Positions 54,479 to 64,000 of a DNA stretch of 64,000 nucleotides are shown in pieces. The stretch lies in the NCBI RefSeq assembly GCF_018350175.1, contig NC_058368.1, positions 159,404,001 to 159,468,000 on the forward strand. The letters are read 5' to 3'. The position numbers and the translations under genes were made by a program. Each line of letters opens with the position of its first letter. Within the stretch, counting starts at the first letter, position 1. The notes below the pieces were generated by a model. That model did not search any database and was not told the origin of the DNA. It saw only the letters and a list, made by a program, of their open reading frames with translations. The stretch comes from Felis catus. Its lineage: Eukaryota.

Positions 54479-57400
54479 TCAGGATCCACATAAGAGTGAA
54501 ACCATATGGTATCTGTCTTTCTCTGTATGGCTTATTTCACTTAGCATCACACTCTCCAGTTCCATCCACGTTGCTACAAAGGGCCATATTTCATTCTTTC
54601 TCATTGTCATGTAGTACTCCATTGTGTATATAAACCACCATTTCTTTATCCATTCATCAGCTGATGGACATTTAGGCTCTTTGCATCATTTGGCTATTGT
54701 TGAGAGTGATGCTATAAACATTGGGGTACAAGTGCCCCTATGCATCAGTACTCCTATATCCCTTGGGTAAATTCCTAGCAGTGCTATTGCTGGGTCATAG
54801 GGTAGATCTATTTTTGATTTTTTGAGGAACCTCCACACTGTTTTCCAGAGTGGCTGTACCAGTTTCCATTCCCACCAACAGTGCAAGAGGGTTCCCGTTT
54901 CTCCACATCCTCTCCAGCATCTATAGTCTCCTGATTTGTTCATTTTGGCCACTCTGACTGGCATGAGGTGGTATCTGAGTGTGGTTTTGATTTGTATTTC
55001 CCTGGTGAGGAGTGACGTTGAGCATCTTTTCATGTGCCTGTTGGCCATCCGGATGTCTTCTTTAGAGAAGTGTCTATTCATGTTTTCTGCCCATTTCTTC
55101 ACTGGGTTATTTGTTTTTCGGGTGTGGAGTTTGGTGACCTCTTTATAGATTTTGGATACTAGCCCTTTGTCCAATATGTCATCTGAAAATATCTTTTCCC
55201 ATTCTGTTGTTTGCCCTTTAGTTTTCTTGGTTGTTTCTTTTGCTGTGCAGAAGCTTTTTATCTTCATGAGGTCCCAGTAGTTCATTTTTGCTTTTAATTT
55301 CCTTGCCTTTGGGGATGTGTCAAGTAAGAAATTGCTGCAGCTGAGGTCAGAGAGGTCTTTTCCTACTTTCTCCTCTAGGGTTTTGATGGTTTCCTGTCTC
55401 ACATTCAGGTCCTTTATCCATTTTGAGTTTTTTTTTTGTGAATGGTGTGAGAAAGTGGTCTAGTTTCAACCTTCTGCATGTTGCTGTCCAGTTCTCCCAG
55501 CACCATTTGTTAAAGAGACTGTCTTTTTTCCATTGGATGTTTTTTCCTGCTTTGTCAAAGATTAGTTGGCCATATGTTTGTGGGTCTAGTTCTGGGGTTT
55601 CTATTCTATTCCATTGGTCTCTGTGTCTGTTTTTGTGCCAATACCATGCTGTCTTGATGATGACAGCATTGTAGTAGAGGCTGAAGTCTGGGATTGTGAT
55701 GCCTCCTGCTTTGGTCTTCTTCTTCAAAATTACTTTGGCTATTCGGGGCCTTTTGTGGTTCCATATGAATTTTAGGGTTGCTTGTTCTAGTTTCGAGAAG
55801 AATGCTGGTGCAATTTTGATTGGGACTGCATTGAATGTGTAGATAGCTTTGAGTAGTGTTGACATTTTGACAATATTTATTCTTCCAATCCATGAGCGGG
55901 GAATGTCTTTCTATTTCTTTATACCTTCTTCAATTTCCTTCATAAGCTTTCTATAGTTTTCAGCATACAGATCTTTTACATCTTTGGTTAGATTTATTCC
56001 TAGGTATTTTATGCTTCTTGGTGCAGTTGTGAATGGGATCAGTTTCTTTATTTGTCTTTCTGTTGCTTCATTGTTAGTGTATAAGAATGCAACTGATTTC
56101 TGTACATTGATTTTGTATCCTGCAACTTTGCTGAATTCATGTATCAGTTCTAGCAAACTTCTGGTGGAGTCTATCGGATTTTCCATGTATAATATCATGT
56201 CATCTGCAAAAAGTGAAAGCTTGACTTCATCTTTGCCAATTTTGATGCCTTTGATTTCCTTTTGTTGTCTGATTGCTGATGCTAGAACTTCCAACACCAT
56301 GTTAACCAACAGCGGTGAGAGTGGGCATCCTTGTCGTGTTCCTGATCTCAGGGAAAAAGCTCTCAGTTTTTCCCCGTTGAGGATGATGTTAGCTGTGGGC
56401 TTTTCATAAATGGCTTTTATGATCTTTAAGTATGTTCCTTCTATCCCGACTTTCTCGAGGGTTTTTATTAAGAAAGATGCTGAATTTTGTCAAATGCCTT
56501 TTCTGCATCGATTGACAGGATCATATGGTTCTTATCTTTTCTTTTATTAATGTGATGTATCACATTGATTGATTTGTGAATGTGGAACCAACTCTGCATC
56601 CCAGGAATGAATCCCACTGGATCATGGTGAATAATTCTTTTTCTATGCTGTTGAATTCGATTTGCTAGTATCTTATTGAGAATTTTTGCATCCATATTCA
56701 TCAGGGATATTGGCCTGTAGTTCTCTTTTTTTAATGGGTCTCTGTCTGGTTTAGGAATCAAAGTAATGCTGGCTTCATAGAATGAGTCTGGAAGTTTTCC
56801 TTCCCTTTCTATTTTTTGGAATAGCTTGAGAAGGATAGGTATTATCTCTGCTTTAAACGTCTGGTAGAACTCCCCTGGGAAGCCATCTGGTCCTGGACTC
56901 TTATTTGTTGGGAGATTTTTGATGACTGATTCAATTTCTTCGCTGGTTATGAGTCTGTTCAAGCTTTCTATTTCCTCCTGATTGAGTTTTGGAAGCTGGT
57001 GGGTGTTCAGGAATTTGTCCCTTTCTTCCAGGTTGTCCAGTTTGTTGGCATATAATTTTTCATAGTATTCCCTGATAATTGTTTGTATCTCTGAGGATTG
57101 CTTGTAATAATTCCATTTTCATTCATGATTTTATATATTTGGGTCATTCCCCTTTTCCTTTTGAGCAGCTTGGCTAGAGGTTTATCAATTTTGTTTATTT
57201 TTTCAAAAAACCAACTCTTGGTTTCGTTGATCTGCTCTACAGTTTTTTTTAGATTCTATATTGTTTATTTCTGCTCTGATTTTTATTATTTCTCTTCTTC
57301 TACTGGGTTTAAGCTGTCTTTGCTGTTCTGCTTCTATTTCCTTTAGGTATGCTGTTAGATTTTGTATTTGGGATTTTTCTTGCTTCTTGAGATAGGCCTG

Positions 57401-58302
57401 GATTGCAATGTATTTTCCTCTCAGGACTGCCTTCGCTGCATCCCAAAGCATTTGGATTGTTGTATTTTCATTTTCGTTTGTTTCCATATATGTTTTAATT
57501 TCTTCTCTAATTGCCTGGCTGACCCCCTCATTCTTTAGTAGGGTGTTCTTTAACCTCCATGCTTTTGGAGGTTTTCCAGACTTTTTCCTATGGTTGATTT
57601 CAAGCTTCATAGCATTGTGGTCTGAAAGTATGCATGGTATGATCTCAATTCTTGTATACTTATGAAGGGCTGTTTTGTGACCCAGTATGTGATCTATCTT
57701 GGAGAATGTTCCATGTGCACTCAAGAAGAAAGTATATTCTGTTGCTTTGGGATGCAGAGTTCTAAATATATCTGTCAAGTCCATCTGATCCAGTATATCA
57801 TTCAGGGCCTTTGTTTCTTTATTGACCTTGTGTCTAGATGATCTATCCATTTCTGTAAGTGGGGTGTTAAAGTCCCCTGCAATTACCACATTCTTATCAA
57901 TAAGGTTGCTTATGTTGTGAGTAATTGTTTTATATATATGGGGGCTCCTGTATTCGGCGCATAGACATTTATAATTGTTAGCTCTTCCTGATGGATAGAC
58001 CCTGTGATTATTATATAATGCCCTTCTTCATCTCTTGTTACAGCCTTTAATTTAAAGTCTAGTTTGTCTGATATAAGTATGGCTACTCCAGCTTTCTTTT
58101 GACTTCCAGTCGCATGATAAATAGTTCTCCATCCCCTCACTCTCAATCTAAAGGTGTCCTCAGGTCTAAAATGAGTCTCTTGTAGACAGCAAATAGATGC
58201 GTCTTGTTTTTTTACCCATTCTGATACCCTATGTCTTTTGGTTGGCGCATTTAGTCCATTTACATTCAGTGTTATTATAGAAAAATATGGGTTTAGAGTC
58301 AT
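54479..58302 (-). pseudogene. L1 ORF2p (endonuclease/reverse transcriptase) broken by several stops and frameshifts
   Basis: [56 protein letters not shown]; ...SLLCGS* spread across at least six ORF fragments. Confidence 0.95.
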
Positions 58303-58352
58303 TGTGATGTCCGTAGGTTTCATGCTTGTAGTGATGTCTCTGGTACTTTGTC

Positions 58353-59246
58353 TCACAGTATCCCCCTTAGGATCTCTTGTAGGGCTGGTTTAGTGGTGAC
58401 AAATTCCTTCAGTTTTTGTTTGTTTGGGAAGACCTTTATGTCTCCTTCTATTCTAAATGACAGACTTGCGGGATAAAGGATTCTCACCTGCATATTTTTT
58501 CTGTTCATCACATTGAAGATCTCCTGCCATTCCTTTCTGGCCTGCCAAGTTTCAGTAGAGAGATTGGTCAGGAGTCTTATAGGTCTCCCTTTATATGTTA
58601 GAGCACGTTTATCACTAACTGCTTTCAGAATTTTCTCTTTATCCTTGTATTTTGCCAGTTTCACTATGATATGTCATGCAGAAGATCGATTCAAGTTACG
58701 TCTGAAGGGAGTTCTCTGTGCCTCTTGGATTTCAATGCCTTTTTCCTTCCCCAGATCCGTGATGTTCTCAGCTATTATTTCTTCAAGTACACCTTCAGCA
58801 CCTTTCCCTCTCTCTTCCTCCTCTGGAATACCAATTATGCATAGATTATTTCTCTTTAGTGCATGACTTAGTTCTCTAATTTTCCCCTCATACTCCTGGA
58901 TTTTTTTATCTCTCTTTTTGTCAGCTTCTTCTTTTTCCATAATTTTATCTTCTAGTTTACCTATTCTCTCCTCTGCCTCTTCATTCTGAGCCGTGGTTGT
59001 CTCCATTTTATTTTGCAGCTCATTAATAGCATTTTTTAGCTCCTCCTGGCTGTTCCTTAGTCCCTTGATCTCTGTAGCAATAGATTCTCTGCTGTCCTTT
59101 ATTCTGTTTTCAAGCCCAGAGATTAATTTTATGACTATTACTCTAAATTCACTCTCTGTTATATTGTTTAAATCGTTTTTGATCAGTTCGTTAGCTGTCG
59201 TTATTTCCTGGACGTTTTTTTGAGGGGAATTCTTCCGCTTAGTCAT
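58353..59246 (-). pseudogene. L1 ORF1p (297 codons + stop) with one in-frame nonsense codon at 58674-58676
   Basis: MTKRKNSPQK...NRSSA*HIIVKLAKYKDK...LQEILRGIL*; the stop is probably a CGA>TGA change. Confidence 0.93.
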
Positions 59247-60153
59247 TTTGGATAGTCCCTTGAGTGGTGCGGAACTACTGGGCACTTCCCCTGTGCTGTC
59301 TTGAATAATTTGCATTGGTGGGGGGGGCTGCAGTCAGACCTGATGTCTGCCCCCAGCCCACTGCTGGGGCCACAGTCAGACTGGTGTGTACTTTCTCTTC
59401 CCCTCTCCTAGGGGCGGGATTCACTGTGGGGTGGCATGGCCCGTCTGGGCTACTTGCACACTGCAAGGCTTGTGGTGCTGGGGATCTGGCTTATTAGCTG
59501 GGGTGGATCAGCAAGGTGCACAGGGGCAGGAGAGGCAGGCTCAGCTCACTTTTCCTTAGGAGATCTGCTTTGGGAGGGGCCCTGCGGCACCTGGAGGGAG
59601 TCAGACCGCTGGAGGGATGGATCCGCAGAAGCACAGCGTTGGGTGTTTGCAGGGTGCAAGCCAGTTCCCTGGCAGGAATTGGTTCCCTTTGGGATTTTGG
59701 CTGGGGGATGGGCGGGGGAGATGGCGCTGGCAAGCGCCTTTGTTCCCAGCCAAGCTGCGCTTTTTCGTCTGGGGCTCAACAACTCTCCCTCTTGTTGTCC
59801 TCCAGCCCTCCCGCTCTGAGTATAGCTGTTAACTTATAACCCTCCAGATGTTAAGTCCTGCTTGCTGTGGGAACACACTCCGTCCGGCCCCTCTGCTTTT
59901 GCAAGCCAGACTCGGGGCTCTGCTTTGCCGGCGGGCTGCCCCTCTGACCAGGCTCCCTCCCGCCAGTCCGTGTAGTGCACACAGCCTCTCTGCCCTTCCT
60001 ACCCTCTTCCGTAGGTCTCTCGTCTATGCTTGGCTCCGGAGAATCCGTTCTGCTAATCTTCTGGCAATTTTCTGGGTTATTTAGGCAGGTGTGGGTGGAA
60101 TCTAAGTGAACCGCAGGACACGGTGAGCTCAGTGTCCTCCTACGTCGCCATCT

Positions 60154-60458
60154 GATTTGTCCTTGGGTGAAACTGTTTTCCTCCTAGATTGCAGAGTAGA
60201 GAGGAAACTGGCTCTCACTTTATAGTTCACCTCTATTTCTTCTCAAAAGATATTTTGGTATGGGATATTATGCCATTTATAACCACATTAAAACCGGGTA
60301 TATCCACGCCACGACGCCGGCGTGCTGTGTTCGGGCCCTGGTGGCTGCCCAGCCTGGTGGCTGCCCTGGAGCTGCGTTCAGGCCCTGGTGCCTGCAGCCA
60401 CCAGCTGGACCCGCAGAGACTGCTGTTTCCTAGACAGCCACGCTGCTGCTCCGCAGCC
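60154..60458 (-). other. Non-L1 sequence attached to the L1 5' end (probable 5'-transduced spliced host exons)
   Basis: Lies between the L1 first bases and the duplicated ccacat target; a GC/CpG-rich block abuts AT-rich blocks; no resemblance to the flanking old L1. Confidence 0.7.
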
Positions 60459-61885
60459 CCACATGTTCTTTATCCATTCATCAGTTGATGGACACTTGGG
60501 CTATTTCCATATTTTGGCTATTGTAGATAATGGTGCCGTAAATATTGGGGTGCATGTATCCCTTTGAATTAGTATTTTGTATTCTTTGAGTAAATACCTA
60601 GTAGTGCAATTGCTGGATCATAAGGCAGTTTTATTTTTAACTTTTTGAAGAACCTCCATACTGTTTTCCATAGCTGTACCAGTTTCTATTCCTACCAACA
60701 GTGTAAGATGGTTCCCTTTCCTCCACATCCTTGCCAACATCTGATGTTTCCTCTGCTGTTGATTTTAGACATTCTGACAGGTGTGAGGTGATCTCTCATT
60801 GCAGTTTTGATTTGCATTTCCCTGATGGTAAGTGATGTTGAGCATCTTTTTATGTGTCTGTTGGCCATATGTATGTCTTCTTTGGAAAAATATCTGTTTG
60901 TGGTTTCTGCCCATTTTTTAATCAGATTATTCATGTTTGGAGTCTTGAGTTTTTTAAGTTCTTTATATATTTATCTAGTGCAGGCTTAAAACTTCACATA
61001 GTTCATAAGCCCTACTATTTCTTTGTAGGAATATGCTATATGGAAGCCAGAAATAACTGTGTAGGCAATCATAGAGGATGACAATATTTTTATTCTTAAA
61101 TGTGTATTTAATCTGAACTGGGCACTCTGGAATGAACATTTTCTTTTCCTGAATGAGTTCTGTCATCAATGAAACCTAATCATCAGAATATTAATCTCAC
61201 AATATTATTTGTCATTATGCCATTATCAAGTCTACTTAGTAACCTTTAGCAGAAATAATTCAATCCTTATTACTCTTTAATATGCTCGAACATTAGCTCT
61301 ATTTTTGAATGTGGAATGAGCATTGGGGTAGAGAGGATTATGAAAAGAGCCAACAGCAAAGGAAGAAGGGATTCTCAGAGGCTAACACCATTAAAAAATG
61401 CCTTGATAGTTGCAAACTTAAAAGATGCAAATTGAAAGGGTTTTACATGTAAAATCCCAAAAAGTGGACAAAAATCAGACAGAAAAGTCAGCTGCCTCCT
61501 CATGGTACTCCCATTGAACTTATTGAAGATGACTTGATTTCTAATTTCAGCATTAACAGGAAGAGAAATAAATTTAATCCTACATAATTATAATAATTTA
61601 ATTTTTCTGCCATCTGGATGTAAAATTTGGAATTATTGGGGTGGTTTTAATTAAACCAAAAATACCATTTAACATGACTAATAACAACTCCCTTATTGTA
61701 GGTTGGCTTATAAAACAAACTCAACCTAGCTGTATATGTACAAAAGGTACATTTAAAGTTAAAAGAAAAGTGGGAAATAAAATTCTGTGTAAATACATAC
61801 AGGAAAAAAAAATAGATTAATCATGTTAATACCAGATAAAATGGTATTCAAAGCCAAGAGTAAAAATGAAGACAAAATATTATCA

Positions 61886-62088
61886 TTTTTTTAAGTTTAT
61901 TTATTTTGAAAACGAGAACGAGAACACAAATGGGAGAGGGGCAGAGAGAAGGAGAGAGAGAATCCAAGCTGGCTCCACATCATCAGCACAGAATCTGATG
62001 TGGGGCTCAAACTCCTAAACCATGAGATCATGACCTGAGCCAAGATCAAGAGTTGGACACTTAACTGACTGAGCCATCAAGGTGCCCC
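61886..62088 (-). mobile_element. CanSINE
   Basis: Reverse head cttaactgactgagccatcaaggtgcccc; TSD aagacaaaa(t/c)at. Confidence 0.92.
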
Positions 62089-62120
62089 AAGACAAAACAT
62101 CTTTAAAATAGAATCGTTCT

Positions 62121-62347
62121 GGGGCGCCTGGGTGGTGCAGTCGGTTAAGCGTCCGACTTCAGCCAGGTCACGATCTCACGGTCTGTGAGTTTGAGCCCCG
62201 CGTCAGGCTCTGGGCTGATGGCTCAGAGCCTGGAGCCTGTTTCCGATTCTGTGTCTCCCTCTCTCTCTGCCCCTCCCCCGTTCATGCTCTGTCTCTCTCT
62301 GTCCCAAAAATAAATAAACGTTGAAAAAAAAATTAAAAAATAAAAAA
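62121..62347 (+). mobile_element. Young Felis-type SINE (SINEC_Fc-like)
   Basis: Perfect TSD taaaatagaatcgttct(g) at 62104-62121 and 62348-62365. Confidence 0.97.
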
Positions 62348-62364
62348 TAAAATAGAATCGTTCT

Positions 62365-62553
62365 GCTGCACCTGAGTGGCTCAGTCAGTTAAGCAAGCCA
62401 ACTTGGGTTCAGGTCATTATCTCACAGTTCCTGGGTTCCAGCCCGGCATTGGGCTCAGTGCTGATAAGTTGGAGCCTAGAGCCTGCTTTTGTCTCCCTCT
62501 CTCTCTGCCCCCCCCCACTCATGCTCTGTCTCTCTCTCTCTCAAAAATAAACC

Positions 62554-62600
<47 letters not shown>
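62365..62600 (+). mobile_element. Older CanSINE with (TAAA)n tail
   Basis: gcacctgagtggctcagtcagttaagc...CT tract...(taaa)n. Confidence 0.92.
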
Positions 62601-62691
62601 ATTGGAATCTCTCCAAAATCAATATACAGATTTAATGTAATTCTCATTACAAACCAAATATGGCTATAGTTTCTGTTACCTCTATTAAAAT

Positions 62692-62955
62692 GTTTTTTAA
62701 AATTTTTTACATGTTATTTATTTTTGATAGACAGAGCACAAGTGGGGAGGAGCAGAGAGAGACAGAGACATAGAATCCAAAGCAGGCTCCAGGCTCCAAG
62801 CTGTCAGCACAGAGCCCGACGTGGGGCTGGAACTCACAAACCAGGAGATCATGACCTGAGCTGAAGTCAGATGCCTAACTGACTAAGCTACCCAGGCACC
62901 CCTGAATAACTGTATTTTAAAATAACTAGCACTTAACTGAGCCACCCAGGTGTAT
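62692..62955 (-). mobile_element. Chimeric CanSINE (SINE head + foreign 32-bp flank + complete SINE)
   Basis: One TSD ctctattaaaat(g/a)ttttt (from 62680 and from 62956) encloses the whole composite. Confidence 0.9.
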
Positions 62956-63538
62956 CTCTATTAAAATATTTTTAAATTAATATGGATGACTGAGTAATAA
63001 TTACCAGATATATTTTTTGGTGAAAAAAAATAATAATATAAGGTAACTGACAATACAAGATAACTGAAACCATTTTAATGTTATCATAATAAATATACAA
63101 ACACAATGTTGTGTTTTACTAATGAGATCAATAAAATAAAAACAGGGTTCAGAAATAGATGTCCTAGATATGGAAAGCATATGAGAGAAGTGTCAACTTA
63201 ATTCAGAGGGAAATGGATCTTTCCCTTAATAAATAGTACAGGCATAATTAGTTAATCATCTGAAAATACAAAAATTTATACACTCTTTTTTCATACTATA
63301 TAAAAATAATTCATATAGAGATAGATATCTAAATATAAAATAATAATAAACATGTTAAAATAAACATAAAGAGAATATTTGTAAACCTTTAGATGGAAAG
63401 ATCCTTCCGCAAGACACTAAATCTGAGATCTGGGAAGAAAGAGAAATAGATTTGAATACTAAAATATTTGTAATTATAGCACCATAAACAAAGTTGAGAG
63501 GAAAAAAGAGAAAAATAATTTTTGAAAAATATAGGATT

Positions 63539-63740
63539 GGGGCGCCTGGGTGGCTCAGTCGGTTGAGCGTCCGACTTCGGCTCAGGTCACGATCTTGCGG
63601 TCCGTGAGTTCGAGCCCCGCGTCGGGCTCTGGGCTGATGGCTCAGAGCTTGGATCCTGCTTCTGATTCTGTGTCTCCCTCTCTCTCTGCCCTCCCCTGTT
63701 CATGCTCTGTCTCTCTCTGTCTCAAAAATAAATAAATGTT

Positions 63741-63764
<24 letters not shown>
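63539..63764 (+). mobile_element. Young felid SINE
   Basis: CpG-rich body; perfect TSD gaaaaatataggatt at 63524-63538 and 63765-63779. Confidence 0.97.
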
Positions 63765-63772
<8 letters not shown>

Positions 63773-64000
63773 TAGGATTAATTTTCTAAGTACCTACAAA
63801 ATATAAAAGTAATAGTGTTTGACAGAAAAATAGATAAGAGGAAATGAAAATTACCAAAAACTTAAGAAAGCATACTCAATCTCATTAGTAGTCAATAAAA
63901 TGCAAATAAAATAACAAAGGGACACCACTTTATATTCCTTTGTTGGAAAAAATAGTTTTTTTTAAAGCTAATATCCAGTATTTTTGAACTTGTACAGTAA

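Larger units (their letters stand above)
54250..60153 (-). mobile_element. Full-length felid LINE-1 (~5.9 kb), inactivated
   Basis: CpG-rich 5'UTR starting agatggcgacgtaggagg; ORF1; ORF2 with EN, RT (YADD-like FADDMILY) and C-terminal domains; G-rich 3'UTR; AATAAA; short polyA. Confidence 0.98.
53837..60972 (-). mobile_element. Older 5'-truncated carnivore L1 (53837-54249 plus 60459-60972) split by the nested full-length L1
   Basis: Left part ends ...ccattgtatatttataccacat; right part resumes ccacatgttctttatccattcatcagttgatgg, contiguous in the L1 consensus. Confidence 0.9.
61650..64000 (+). mobile_element. Ancient L1ME-type ORF2 scaffold hosting five SINEs
   Basis: ttaataccagataaaatggtattcaaagc; aatcaatatacagatttaatgtaattc; ctcaatctcattagtagtcaataaaatgcaaataaaataacaa. 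Confidence 0.6.

Noticed and set aside
59247..59315. In-frame upstream ATG extending L1 ORF1 by 23 aa
   Set aside because: Most likely a chance or CpG-decay ATG in the 5'UTR, and ORF1 is nonsense-disrupted anyway
59275..60084. Multiple overlapping ORFs in the L1 5'UTR (ORF0-like?)
   Set aside because: Expected from stop-poor GC-rich sequence; no recognisable protein; ORF0 is described for primate L1s
37311..62955. 25-kb inversion between the two related inverted SINEs
   Set aside because: Each SINE retains its own matching TSD pair; an inversion would have exchanged the flanks
26549..63735. Recurrent ~60-aa 'MAQSV...PTSAQV' ORFs and tRNA-like A/B boxes
   Set aside because: These are CanSINE bodies, not genes or functional tRNAs
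1..64000. CRISPR array, operon or other prokaryotic-type system
   Set aside because: The sequence is mammalian; the recurring repeats are SINEs, L1s and microsatellites, with no regular repeat-spacer structure

Overview
AT-rich, repeat-dense mammalian genomic DNA, almost certainly from a felid: it carries tRNA-derived CanSINEs of the Felis SINEC_Fc type and carnivore L1s. I could not identify any host protein-coding exon, RNA gene or prokaryotic-type system. The ORF track is explained by decayed LINE-1 ORF1/ORF2, SINE antisense frames and microsatellites. Main content: a full-length, inactivated minus-strand L1 (54250-60153) nested in an older L1; several truncated L1s; about 20 CanSINEs, many with readable target-site duplications (TSDs); MaLR and MER21 LTRs; MIR, L2 and MER5 relics; simple repeats. 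Two observations stand out. (1) The full-length L1 carries about 305 bp of non-L1, apparently spliced, CpG-rich cellular 5' sequence inside its TSD, i.e. a probable 5' transduction of host exons. (2) The SINE at 62.7-62.95 kb contains a copy of the unique 5' flank of an inverted SINE 25 kb away (37.3 kb), a fossil non-reciprocal template-switch/gene-conversion event. Smaller signals include re-used insertion sites (triple TSDs), fold-back templated insertions and a palindromic AT-rich array. Subfamily names are from recall of consensus sequences, not from a database search.
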